A program made the translations under genes and the position numbers. Below, piece by piece: positions 13,201 to 25,689 of a stretch of DNA of 64,000 nucleotides. Origin of the DNA: Octopus vulgaris (lineage: Eukaryota); the NCBI GenBank assembly GCA_951406725.2, contig OX597818.1, positions 46,934,001 through 46,998,000 on the forward strand, in the 5' to 3' direction. Under the pieces are notes generated by a model. The model did no database searches, was not told the origin of the DNA, and worked only from the letters and a program-made list of their open reading frames with translations. Position 1 is the first letter of the stretch, and every line of letters starts with the position of its first letter.

Positions 13201-13345
13201 TTAATTTAGAAAACAAGGTTTGTTGTATTAAAGTTTGTAAATGCACGTCAGTCCAATTAGCGCCTTGAGTTAAAATCGATAATCGTTAATTGGGCATCTT
13301 AATAAAAACGTAGAGAAAAACCATGAGTGAAATAACGAAACCTAC

Positions 13346-13363
13346 CCACGAAAATAACTTCAT
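13346..13363 (-). CDS. SERGEF: SERGEF/DelGEF coding exon 1 (MKLFSW)
   Basis: Minus strand reads acaaagg ATG AAG TTA TTT TCG TGG|gtaggt. The phase-0 donor joins exon 2 to give LFSW-GSN, matching the recalled SERGEF N-terminus LFAW-GAN. Confidence 0.85.
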
Positions 13364-13479
13364 CCTTTGTTTATTTGCTTTGTTTGCTGATAAATTTTAA
13401 TGAAGAACATAACAGTGAACAAATTGAAAGCAAAAGACCAAACACATACAGATAAACGGATTAATTAAATTCAGATATT

Positions 13480-13745
13480 GATTGCTACGAATTTACGGCC
13501 AAGAAGCAACACAAGCCATGTTGAACTCCGTGTGGTTTATTAACCAATCAAATTCAATCTCCTATTATGCGAGGACCCCTCTTCCAAGAAGTACTCGTAA
13601 CCCCTCTGCAAGTGTCTGGTGCCAACCAACTACATTCTCTATTGATCGACGCAGTTTCGCAGACCGCCTTCGCTAGAAATTAGCTAACAACGTCATGTTA
13701 ATTCTTCTCCGTTGCCCTATTTAACTGCTGCTGTAGCACGCTTGT
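13480..13745 (-). promoter_or_regulatory. Probable SERGEF promoter / 5' UTR region
   Basis: Unique, locally CpG-richer sequence just upstream of the ATG, with CCAAT (about 13544) and an ACTACA-type word (about 13629). Positional inference only. Confidence 0.45.
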
Positions 13746-14017
13746 TTCTTTCTTTCTTTTTTTTCTTTTGTTTCCAGTAAGTCTTATAATTCAGGCTGCT
13801 TCCTACTTCCATGTCATTTCCATGGATCCGGGAAATCTACTGTGCCTTATAATTTGAACAACTTTTCTTTTTCTTCCTCCTTTTGTCTTCTTCGTCTGTA
13901 TATTTTTCTTTTCTTCTTTTTCTTCCTCTCTTCATCATTGTATTTTATATTCCTCTCTTTCATCTAATTTCTTCCTCTCTTTAGCTTCTTTTTCGTTTCT
14001 CCTTCTCCCCTTCTTCT

Positions 14018-14095
14018 TTTTCTTCTTCTTCTTCTTCTTCTTCTTCTTCTTCTTCTTCTTCTTCTTCTTCTTCTTCTTCTTCTTCTTCTTCTTCT
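14018..14095. repeat. (CTT)n microsatellite. Other major tracts: (CA)n 2173-2217; (CATA)n 18835-18960, 29106-29168, 32415-32572; (TA)n(GA)n 23999-24060; (TA)n/(TATG)n 24240-24322; (GATA)n 32057-32137 and 51010-51112
   Basis: Directly visible in the sequence. Confidence 0.95.
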
Positions 14096-15039
14096 ACACA
14101 TTCATATCAACAGTGCTATATAGGAGGAACATGAGTCTATTCCGGTACTTCACTCGTACTTTATTTATCGACCCGCATTATCTATGATCTTTTACACAGG
14201 ATAAAATTGTGTTGTGTACCTGGTTATAATCCTTTTTCGTTTATTTTATTGAAGGGTTTTTTGGATGGTGGGGGGGATACAACATTTATTAAACAATGTT
14301 ATACATCTATTTCATGTTATAAAAAAATATAAAATATCGAAGTTTAGCATTATTACTGAATAAATATACACTTTGTTTAGGATACTTTGTAATAAATTTT
14401 AATAGACAAACATTTTTTTTTTGTTTCCATTATATTTTATGGTTATCTTAAAATAATTAGGTTTCTATTATACTTGTACCCTTCTGTTTCACTTTCCTCC
14501 TCCTTCTTCTTCTTTTGGTGGTTGTTAATCAAAGAGAAATGATGTGGCCCTAACGACCGAATTGTGAAATCTTTTTACTTTGTTGTTATTTAGTTCCAAG
14601 TTGGCTCAGATCCCATACATTTCTATCTTTTAGGAATAATGTATCCACACTACACAATCCAGTGTATTGTTCTGTAAGATGATAGGGAATGATTTGAGCC
14701 AGATTTAGTTGCTATTTCTTGCAGAACGAGCAATCGCTTAGAAGATCTTTCATTGGCTTGGGTATCTAGTTAGGTTTCATTCACCTGCGTTCATCTAAGC
14801 AATAGTCTTATACTTAGATCACAGGTGGGCACACACATACGAACGCGCGCGCGTATAATAAAAGTATATGAAACATCATACAAGATAACTCCCTAATATT
14901 GTGAAAGTAGCTTCCCTTCGATAGAAGAGCAAAGAAATGCCTTGCATGGAACTCGACCAACTCCAAATGCGAGAGACAGTTTCAGGAATTCTTTGAAGTT
15001 AACACGCCATTACAGAAAAGGCAATCTAGTTGTTTGGGA

Positions 15040-16350
15040 ACAAAATGACAGCTGCGGACACGTATTTCTACATCCATAGGCGTCATCAGTACTGCAACGG
15101 TCCAACAGAAGAGATATTCAGACAGAATTTTAATAATCGAAGAATTTATCTTGTATGGTATTTGATATACCTTTATTTGTCTTTATTATTCATATTCATA
15201 CCAATGACCGCTAAGAGATATTTACCTTAGCTCATTTTACATATGCGCGCGCGTATGCTCAGAGAATTTATACAGAATTTAATTCCTGAATATAAGAATG
15301 TGGTAGGAGTCATAAATACAAGATTGGCAGGGTTTGATGTTACCTTGGTATGGTTGAGCTTATGGAAATATTTTCCAATTAATGCTGAACGGAGTTTTTA
15401 AAAATATATTTTAATATCAATATATGTTTGGAAAGTAAAGTATCATTTTTCCTGTTTGGGTTGCAAAAAGTGTGCTTGTGTTGGTTGTATCGTGTCTTCA
15501 ACTGATTTGCTTTAGACAGTATTGATGTATTAGCTGGTTAGTGTTCGTGCTTAGTTTTGCTACAGATAATATTGCTTGTGAGATAGTTTCCTTTTAAAGG
15601 ACAAGATGGAGAGGTTCTGAAGTTGCAATTGCTGCCGTTATATATGTGGTTTTGGTTCTCCCCTTTAAACACTTTTTTGAGGTTGTAAATAGCTACAGAT
15701 TTTATTTTTCGAAGTTTTTAGTTGTAGAATATGATAATTTTATTTTGTGTTTCTTTATTAGTCTGTGATACTTGTGATGGGGATGGAAGTGTTTTAGACT
15801 ATTCTGAATAATAATTTAGCTATTAGTGTAGAGACTTCTGTGCTGAAGGGAGTATTGAACCAGATAATATTCCCTTTTTTCTCTATTTTCTGCCTTTTTT
15901 AATGTATTGTGGATGTGGTATTATTTATGTATTATATTTTTTCTTTGTAACTGCTATTACTGAGAGCTTCGTTATATAGAGTTGCTCTTTCGTCGAGTAT
16001 TTTTTCATTAAAAGATAAAGTTTTAGAGATGTGTTGATTACTAAGTTTTTAATTACGCTTTAATCGTCTTTGTATATACAGGATTTTTTGTTTTTATCTT
16101 TCTTGAGTTATAAATACTGGATTGTAAGTCGAAGGCAACATCGAGAGAGTTAACTGATTTTTAATGTATTTTTACTGTAATGGAAAGGTATAAGTTTTAA
16201 AGAAATGATGTGGTTCTTCCCTACATTTATCGTTGTGTGTGTGTGTGCATGCGTGCGGTTTGTACTTTCTTAGAATAGACCGTCGTCTCTGTTGAGTTCC
16301 CCTGAGATAATGTCTTATATTTACGCATAGGTCAAAAATGATATATAAAA
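15040..16350 (-). mobile_element. Penelope-like element fossil (RT C-terminus, linker, GIY-YIG) with a decayed hammerhead downstream
   Basis: Minus-strand remnants GNIIWFNTPFSTEVST, KHFHPHHKYHRL, SNCNFRTSPSCPLKG and KTRYNQHKHTF, with stops and frameshifts. CTGATGA...GAAA-TACGTG-TC at 15098-15050. Confidence 0.8.
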
Positions 16351-16354
16351 TATC

Positions 16355-16529
16355 CAAGGCTATATTGTAAGTAGCTTGCTTACCAACTACATGGTTCCGG
16401 GTTCAGTCCCACTGCGTGACACCTTGGGTAAGTGTCTCCTACTATAGCCTCGGACCGGCCAAATCCTTGTGAGTGGATTTGGTAGACGGAAACTGAAAGA
16501 AGCCCGTCATATATATGTGTGTATGTATG

Positions 16530-16560
<31 letters not shown>

Positions 16561-16775
16561 ATGTTTGTATGTCTGTGTTTGTCCCCTCAACATCGCTTGA
16601 CAACCGATGCTGGTATGTTTACGTCCCCGTAACTTAGCGGTTCGGCAAAAGAGACCGATAGAATAAGTACTAGGCTTACAAAGAATAAGTCCTAGGGTCG
16701 AGTTGCTCGACTAAAGGCGGTGCTCCAGCATGGCCACAGTCAAATGACTGAAACAAGTAAAAGAGTAAAGAGTAA
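16355..16775 (+). mobile_element. SINE family A (tRNA-derived head, internal (TA)n(TG)n, GAGTAAAA tail), full-length
   Basis: GGTTCCGGGTTCAGTCCC B-box region, CCTTGGG(C/T)AAGTGTC core and a 3' end GCTCCAGCATGGCCACAGTCAAATGACTGAAAC shared by many copies. Confidence 0.85.
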
Positions 16776-16859
16776 GTACAAAACCCAATGAACGAAATAT
16801 TAAAAAAAAAATCAAAACCCGCAAACTTTTCCTCTCTCCTCACCACAATCATTTCGGGA

Positions 16860-17200
16860 ACATCGCGAAGCGATGAGTACTTTTCCCAAACGTCATTTGT
16901 AGTTATGTGACATCTGATGACTATGAAGTCCGATTCTGGAGAGACATATACATCCGCAGGTGAAGCATGTAAAGCCTTGCTGCCGGTGACTTCCAGGGTT
17001 CTGCACGTGCCGCCAGGAGTGGCGTGCAACCTCACTCTGCAGTAGATCTTCTTGGAGTTTGGTGGTGCCAGTCTTGTATGCGCCGCGCCAGCCAGTGCGT
17101 TCTGCAGCCATTGATTCGAGACTGTCGGGAGGGATATGACACTTTTTCAGCGTTGCCTTCAGGTGATCTTTAAAGCTGGTTACCGACAGAACATCTTTCA
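16860..17200 (-). mobile_element. RTE-like LINE 3' fragment with C-terminal C2H2 finger
   Basis: FKDHLKATLKKCHIPPDSLESMAAERTGWR and FTCFTCGCICLSRIGLHSHQMSH. Confidence 0.8.
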
Positions 17201-17539
17201 ACTTCAAGTTCAGCGTCACTCGGCTCATCACAGATTTCGCATAAAATATATGGCTGTTTGAAGAATTTGACGTTTTTCCGCTATATTTTTAGCCCAAATG
17301 GTTTGTTTTTTAAATCTAGCACTATGTCTTTCTCCATGTCTTCGGCAATGTTTTAACGAACAGCCAGTGGAATGGAGCACTTATTACTGGACGCAGCAGT
17401 CAAAAAGGAACAAAACTCCTTGTTAATTTAAATAGGAAGTGTCTTTGGTCCTGGGCACCAAAAACCTTTGCTACGTTACAAACACCACTCACCTGAGAAA
17501 CAATGGTAAAGTTATCGTCCCATCCCTTACTTTTTCAAA

Positions 17540-17603
17540 CGATCTCTCTCTCTTTCTCTCTACCTCTCTCTCTGTCACACACACACACACAGATAGACAT
17601 ATG

Positions 17604-17641
<38 letters not shown>

Positions 17642-17953
17642 TTTCTTCTGTTTTACATACACGTACACACACACATACACACTCACAGATAGACATATGC
17701 ATTCGCTATCTCTCTCACTCTCTTCCAAACACTTTCCCTCTCTCTTTCACACACATACACATACATTCACCATCTTTCTTTCTTTCTCTCTCTCTCTCTC
17801 TTTCACTTTTTTCTGTTTCACATACACGCACACACACACACACACACTCCCAGATAGATATATGCATTCGCTCTCTCTCATCTCTTATTCATTCACTCTC
17901 TCTTCCAAACACTTTCCCCCCTCTCTTTCACACACATACACATACATTCACCA

Positions 17954-17995
<42 letters not shown>

Positions 17996-18020
17996 TTCCT
18001 TTCTGTTTCACACTCACACA
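17540..18020. repeat. Compound (CT)n/(CA)n microsatellite with higher-order duplication
   Basis: CAGATAGA(C/T)ATATGCATTC occurs three times and TCTTCCAAACACTTTCCC twice. Confidence 0.85.
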
Positions 18021-18964
18021 AGGTAAATATTTCATCCCACTCCGACGAAAGTTTCTGCCAATACCTTTGACTTTTACACTTCCTCATAGTAAAGTAATTT
18101 ATGAAAAGATCCTTATTCTCTTATAGGAACATCTTGTGCTTAATATCTATCGACACAGACTTTGACATCATTTATCCTTTTGGGGTCGATAAAACAAAGC
18201 ACCACTGAGTCAATCACTGGGGGTTAATTGATTATAATCAATTAACCCATCACAAAAACCGTTAGGCTTTGTCACTTTTCGAGAAAACAATAGTTGCCAA
18301 TAGAGACCACAACTAGTTTCTTCTGATCCTATTGTTTAATTTGTACAGTTTATTTAACTGTTCTTACCTTTTTTTTTAATAGTCCATATTCTAAATATGG
18401 TAATGTTTAAAACTCGTATGTTTATATAAAAGTTGAAAGGAAGGAAATTGAATTCATTATGGAATCTACGAGTCGAAGTAGTTTGTATTTCACACAACTC
18501 TCTCTATTGGTTCCCGTTCTTTCTCGTCCTATTTTTTTTCGATCGATTTTGTAAACATTGCTAACAGCTTGCTTCATTCTGATGTCGAATCTATTCAGAA
18601 TTAAATCCAAAGAATAGGATTAATTTGATTATTCTTTTGTTGTTGTGCTTGTCTTAGATCAATGGATTGTGGCTATGCTGGGATATCGACTTGAATCTTT
18701 TAATGGAACAAAGCGCCCTCAGTGCTTATTTTAAAGTCTGTCGTTCTCTTTCTATCGAACTGCTCAGTTACTGGGTTGTAAACAAATCCACGCCGGTTAT
18801 CAAGCGATGGGAGGACGAACACAAAGACATACCTACCTATCTACATACATACATACATACATACATACATACATACATACATACATACATACATACATAC
18901 ATACATACATACATACAAACATACATACATACATACACTCAATACATACGTACATACATACGTA

Positions 18965-19338
18965 CGTCTAAAATGTTCACAAGATACTATCCTTCCGTGA
19001 AACATAACACTGTCACTAAGACGGCCAACAATGCCACATACAGGAACAATTTTTCTCATTGCTATTCCAAAGACACACCAATATCATAGAATATCTACAC
19101 CTTTAAAAATATAATACACAAATGGAACATTCCAATAAAAATAGCAACGGAGTCTAAGTACACCAGGCCAGATATAGATGCACGAAAAAGTGAGCAGGAA
19201 GTGGAGCACTGCTGTAGAGAGGTTCAGCGGATATGAATGTCTCTTCAAAAACTGGGGAAAAGGAGAACATCTATGTAACATGCAAATCTTAATGCTCTCA
19301 TATCCAGGCTATAGATTGTCATTTGTTCCAATTATTAT
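18965..19338 (+). mobile_element. Older R4/Dong-like RLE fragment related to 32573-33400
   Basis: KMFTRYYPSVKHNTV, KWNIPIK, TRPDI and LSYPGYRLSFVPIII parallel the 32.6-33.3 kb copy. Cut at its 3' side by a Tc1/mariner TIR. Confidence 0.65.
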
Positions 19339-19339
19339 A

Positions 19340-20760
19340 CAGGGTGTTCGGGAAAAATTTGACGATTTTTATGTTTCTTTTTCAAGGAATAGCTTGATGT
19401 ATTTGTGAATAGTTAATAGCGTTGGAGAGCATAAAGATTAAGGCTGTAGTTGAGAAAAAGTTAGTTCCCATAAAAAACTGGAAGTCACTGAATATTGGAA
19501 AAGAGTTAACTGTATCATTGATTATTCGCAGGGTATCAAAATGCCGACATTATGACTGCTGCTCGGTGCTCTGTAAACACTGCAAAGGTTGTAAGACGTG
19601 ACGCGGACAACTGCAACCGAGACGCTGTGGCTATCTAATTTTTAGGTATTGCCCAGGTGAGAGTTACATCATATCACTCCACATCTTTGAACTGGGCCTT
19701 AGGCTCCGTTCAAATAACTATGTGGTAACGGTCAAACCCAGACTGGAGAGTGTAGAGCGACCGTACGTAAAGGAGATGGCGATAAATGTCTCCTTTTTGA
19801 ACGCCGCACGGTCGCCTTACAAAAGAAGCCAAAATACAAGTGCCAAAAGAATAAGAAGAGTATTCACAAACAGTGTTTAGTTTAAACCTGGTCGATGTTG
19901 GTGTGTACGTAGACATGTTGGTGGTGTCGATAAGCTTAAGGCGACGGTGGTGGAAAAGATCCTGAAATGCTGCGGTGGTGTTGGTGTCGTCGCTGTCTGT
20001 CGCAGGAACATGGTTGAGTCGCTCGAACTGGCTGGTCTGTCGATGGATGCTCTGTGGTCAATGGTCTAGGACCAAAGACCCAAATGGTTTGTCGTGACTA
20101 GCTTTGAAAGGGTTTAGGTGGCTCAAACAAGGCATTAGAAAAGCAGTGTCACGAGACCTTATCTGAAGGTTGCGATTGGTTGGTTTACACATTGGCGCGA
20201 AATAAAGCAAGAGATAAAACTGCACCAAAACCAACCAATCAGAGTAGCGGACACAACAGGGCCTAAGCATCCGAAGAATGGTTGCTATCTGCCACGACGT
20301 TATTTCTATGACGTCTCTCAAAGAGGGATAATGTATTTCACTAACCGCTACAAGAGGTTGCTACTGGAAGGTCATATGTGTGACAGCAGGATTCGGTTCC
20401 TTTCCATAACTCCGAAAAAAGTCAGAAGTGGTTGTCAGAGAATTTCAATGACTTCACCAGCCCTAATTTCTGGTCTCCTAATTTCTCCGTTTCTAATCCC
20501 ATGGATTACTGTGTGTGGAATGAAGTTGAGAAAGACACCAACCGCTCCATCTGCAACACCAACGCCGAGTTGGTGACCAAGATCAAGATGATCTTCCCAG
20601 GGACACAATGAAGAACGCATGCGCCAGGTTCCGGAGCCATCTTGAGGCTGTGATGAAGGCTGTGATGTAAGCTGTGGGAGGCTACTTGGAGTAAACTGTT
20701 ATCTCCCGGCAATAATCTCGTTGGTTTTTTAAAAATCTTTTTAAATACTTCTATTTTTAG
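19340..20760 (+). mobile_element. Tc1/mariner fossil with an internal insertion
   Basis: TA-CAGGGTGTTC terminus at 19338-19349. FWSPNFSVSNPMDYCVW (SPDLNP-like) and KNACARFRSHLEAV at 20468-20660. Confidence 0.65.
19719..20335 (-). mobile_element. Probable solo LTR nested in the Tc1/mariner fossil
   Basis: Non-coding, CpG-rich block interrupting the transposase; ends ...GTTACCACA on the minus strand. TSD not established. Confidence 0.35.
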
Positions 20761-20989
20761 ACGGGATTTTCTTTTTCTGCAAGCAGTTAAATTTAAGCTG
20801 AACATCTTGTAGTGCACATGGCTACGTAACAACACATCTGCACAGAAACCTTAAAATGCTTGGTTTTTCCAAAACACAACAGAGTAGACTTAATTCGCTT
20901 CCACCAGATACAATTGGTTAGAGAAACTGAAAATCTGTAAAACATTTCAGCGATTCTCCATACACACACACACATGTTCGTGTTGTCGC

Positions 20990-21955
20990 ACATATTCGCC
21001 CGCTTTCTTCCAAAAATTTAATGCCTTTAGCTTAGATTTTTGGGGCCTACCAATTTTGAACAGTCTCAAGTGTAACAGGCCGAAACTGTAGTAATAATTG
21101 GAAGCTTGACTGATGAATAGAAAGCCACGAATGTTCCGTCCTGGTTTCCCTGTCCGTCTTTGTGTGTTTTCACAGTCGTTTTCACGTTCTTGTTCCGTTT
21201 TGGGGATTTATACATACATATAGCCGCGCACGTACACCTTTTGCTCAGCTTGTAAGTATATATCTAAATTCTGTACGACTTTCTTCTTTCTTTCTTCCTT
21301 CCTTTTACTCGCTTTCCCTCTCTCACTTACTTGGCATTCTCTTTCTTTCCATTTTTCTTTTTCTCTCTCCCCCTCTTTCCCATTTCTTGGCATTCTCTTT
21401 CTTTAATCTCTCTACTTTCCTCCGTTATCTCTAGTTTCTTCCTTAATTCTTCAGTCTCTCTGCTCCCTACCTCTCTTTGTTCCTCCCACGTGACCAGTGC
21501 TCGACCAAGCGTGATCTTTCTTTTTTAGCCTGACCGCTGCTCGCACAACACCTTATTTTCCTGTCTCCTGACTTTCATCTATGTTTGTTACCGCAAGGCT
21601 TCCACTTCACGCGCCAATTTAACTTAACTTGTCCTCTTAGTCGAAAGACACCTGTTATTCTTGTTGTTTGTATTTGTAATCGTGTGACATTTTCTCCGTT
21701 TTCTCGTTTTTTTTTGTCCGTGTTGTAGCACATATTCACCCGCTTTCTTCAAAAAATTTAATGCCCTTGGCCTACCAATTTTGAACAGTCTCAATTGTAA
21801 CAGGCCAAAACTGTAGTGATAATTAGAAGCTTGACTGATAAATAGAAAGCCACGAATATTCCGTCCTGGTTTTCTTGTCCGTCTTTGTATCGTCCATCTG
21901 TCCGTATGTTTTCACTGTCGTCCGTTACGTTCTTGTTCCGTTTTTGGATTTGCAT
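20990..21955 (+). mobile_element. Element with about 220-bp direct repeats (20990-21210 and 21730-21955), pLTR-like
   Basis: Both copies read CACATATTC(G/A)CCCGCTTTCTTC...GAAGCTTGACTGAT(G/A)AATAGAAAGCCACGAAT...GTTCTTGTTCCGTTTT. Confidence 0.6.
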
Positions 21956-22691
21956 AAACACACACACACACACTGAAAAACCAAATTTTCAAAGAGTTCA
22001 AATAGAAATAAACTTTAACCACTGGACTACATACAAATGACTCCTGTCCACTCTTCCACCTGACAGATTAAATTTGGAGTGCCTTGAATATAACGAAACA
22101 TGTTCACTCAACCGTATCGGCCTTCTTTTTAGGCGCAAAATATACTGTCACGTGACGTAGCGGGAAACGTGCAAAAGGTTATGAACTTAATCATGTGTTC
22201 ATTCTCTACAAACACTTGACATAAAACATTCAGAGCATTGATTGTTTGGGCATGTTCACTCAACCATGTCGGCCTTAAATTACGACGCTAAACATTCACA
22301 CTTGATACTAACACACGGGCGTAGCAGGAAGCCTACGAAAATTTCTAAGACCAATCATGTGACTATCCTCTACCAATCAAATCCTATTTAAAACATACTA
22401 ATTTGAACCATGAACTCCCTATAAAAATAGGCCAAGCTTCAAACACTAGTCAGAAGCCAGACAACTGTGACATAAGCCACATCTTTCTATTTAAACTTTT
22501 TGAAAATCTGTGTAAACTGTGAAACTGGTTAAAGCTTTAAATATATCAATGAAAAATATTTTAACTGTTCTCAGTAGTATTTTCAACTTCTATTTTCCCT
22601 ATATTTCTATCCGTGTGGAATAAAATAACATTATATATATGTATATATATACATATATAAATGGAATAATTGCTTTGAACCATTGTGTTGA

Positions 22692-22951
22692 ATATATTGT
22701 GTAAAGGATCGTGGGTAAGGCCAGAACAAGGCGAAGTAAATGCAAAGCAAATCACAAGAAAACAAATATATGAATTAATGTAGACTTACCACATCGGCAA
22801 CATTCGTTAATTTCTTGAAAATGGGATCATAACTCTGAAATATTGAATACAAGGTAAGTCTACATTAAGTCATATATTTGTTTTCTTGTGATTTGTCATG
22901 CATTTATTTCACATTGTTCTGGCCTTACCCATGATCCTTTATACAATGTAT
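22692..22951. repeat. Long imperfect inverted repeat (about 99-bp arms, 62-bp spacer)
   Basis: 22692-22790 is the near reverse complement of 22853-22951. Confidence 0.9.
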
Positions 22952-23996
22952 ACACACATACACATGTAAGCATATACATACATATATATAGAGAGAGGGA
23001 GAGAGAAAGAGAGACAAAAAGGGAGGGATTTGTTCAACACAGTTATTCAAAATAGAAGGCAACCAAAAATTCTGAAGCTATTGTTAACAAGACAAAAACA
23101 TTCATGGTATTCAATGCAATGACAATCGATGCGGTCCTTGTCAATTCAAATTTTCCAATCAGTAGTATATGAACGCAAAAACTGGACGAAGAATATTTCC
23201 AAATATAAATGTGAAAGGTAAGAGCAAAAATCAGTTCTGCTGCATCTAATGCCCGAATTGTGAAGAACAGATAGGAAACTTATTCATCGGAACGCATGCG
23301 AGTAGACAGGGAACAAATTCGGGACAAAAATGTCCGTCAGATCCCATTAAGCAATCATTTAGAAACATACGGTAAGAAAATGCATTTAATATTCCTATTT
23401 TACAAACTTTATAATTCAAGTAAAGTTAGAAGAAGAGAAAGAGGAAAGAATTTTATTGAGAAGCTTAAACCCATTTTGAATGGACATTGATATGAAGATG
23501 ACTATAAATATTGATTTAAATCTAATTTTACTCGGAAACTGGAGAAATATTAACAGTTTCTGTGGATAAGTGCGATTAATGTCAACTGTATTACCGTGTT
23601 CATCAAACCGTCACGATTTATAAGAAAATTCGATCATTGCACAAGTGTTGCCACATGTGCTGCACCTAAACAGTTTATTAATTCTTACAAGTACACAACA
23701 GTTACCCGGAGATTGTTAATAACGATAAAATATACTGCTTATATTTGGAAAAATTTATTTATAACTTTGTTACTTCTATAAAACATGAACGTACTCGTAA
23801 TAGGTACTGCTGTAAAATTGTAAAAATACAAAAATAAATGTGAAAATCAGACTATGCTGGAATCAAGAAATATATTTCCCTATACATAATTTTTAGAAAC
23901 CCTGAACTACACACACACACATACACACACACACATGTACACTGCGAAAACATGTAACATAGTCACAATATATGAAGAAAGATGTTTGTAAAAGTT

Positions 23997-24062
<66 letters not shown>

Positions 24063-24236
24063 ATAGTAAAAAGTGAAAAAACTACAGAAGGCTTGTTTTA
24101 AAAGGTTAAAAAATATATATTTGAGTCAATATGTCTGAAGAATGTTATAAATATAAATTTTTTTCATACAATGGCATAGTTTTTGAAGAAATGACCGGTT
24201 TCGCATTTAGCTTTTCAAATTTCTTATATCGTTATA

Positions 24237-24314
<78 letters not shown>

Positions 24315-24416
24315 TGTATGTATATAAATATACGCGCGCACGCAATCACACATGTACACATGCGCACACACACATATACACATAGGTACGTGTGCATGTG
24401 TATGTATTCATGTTAT

Positions 24417-24458
<42 letters not shown>

Positions 24459-24957
24459 GCCTGTGAAATTTTAAACAGTTCGAGTAAATTATGCATATTT
24501 TTCTCTTTTACTTCCCAAATACCAACAGAAATACATCTCGACAGATCATGTCAGTGAAAAAATGCCATAATAACTTCAAAGCGCTTGATTTGATAAAACA
24601 GGTTGAAAGAGGACAGACTATGACATTTAAGATACAATTGTGAAGAAACGTTAATTTGCAATAATCATAGCCAGTTCACATAAATATGTGTGCAAGAATT
24701 TACATAGCTGTATTCGTATTTTACGAAGTCATCTGGATTATATGTGTATAACGTGTTCGTGACAATGCATTAATTTCTTTGCTGGAGTTAAATGTATTAA
24801 AGCAAATACATGACCATCGATAAAATGAAAAAGAAAATCAAGTAAACGTTATATATTTAATCAGGAAAAATTAATCTGCTGAGGCTAGACCAAGGCTAAC
24901 GGCGAAATGTCAGAAAGTGGGAGTAATGGCAGAAATAAGGCGAAATGGCAGGAATAA

Positions 24958-25380
24958 GGCGGCGAGCTGGCAGAAACGTTAGCACGCCGGGCGAAATGCT
25001 TAGCGGCATTTCGTCTGCCGCTACGTTCTGAGTTCAATTTCCGCCGAGGTTGACTTTGCCTTTCATCCTTTCGGGGTCGATTAAATAAGTACCAGTTACG
25101 CACTGGGGTCGATATAATCGACTTAATCCATTTGTCTGTCTTTGTTTGTCCTCTCTTTGTTTAGCTCCTTGTGGGTAGTAAAGAAATAGGTATTTCATCT
25201 GCCGTTACGTTCTGGGTTCAAATTCCACCGAGGTCGACTTTGCCTTTCATCCTTTCGAGGTCGATAAATTAAGTACCAGTTACGCACTGGGGTCGATCTA
25301 ATCGACTTAATCCCTTTGTCTGTCCTTGTATATCCCCTCTCTGTTTAGCCCCTTGTGGGCAATAAAGAAATAAGAAATAA
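24958..25380 (+). mobile_element. SINE family B, dimeric copy
   Basis: Same head plus two 184-bp units starting at 25005 and 25189. Confidence 0.85.
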
Positions 25381-25689
25381 AAAAGAGAGGTGTAGAGAGA
25401 AGAAAAGAGAGAGAGAAAGAGAAATAATGTGGTTTAGTTTGGCATTCAGTGAGAGGAGAGAGGGACTAGATTTTTACTTGATGAATATAGAAAGATGGGC
25501 TCTGCAGACGACTAATTTTTGATTGGCTAAAAATTTCGTTTGATTAGAACATGTAATCAGCTAAAATAACACACGTGTTAACGTTGAAACTAAAGTTGCC
25601 ATCTGCGTAAGTTTTCTAGATACACACTCATACACACGCGCACACACATATACACACACACATATATAAGGAAAAGTTTGACAGTGATT

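Noticed and set aside
17439-18126. Longest ORFs in the track (195 and 207 aa)
   Set aside because: Translations of CT/CA microsatellites. The same applies to the HTYI, YIYI and CVCV ORFs elsewhere.
18360-18660. Possible additional Penelope linker remnant on the minus strand
   Set aside because: Too degenerate to support with any motif.
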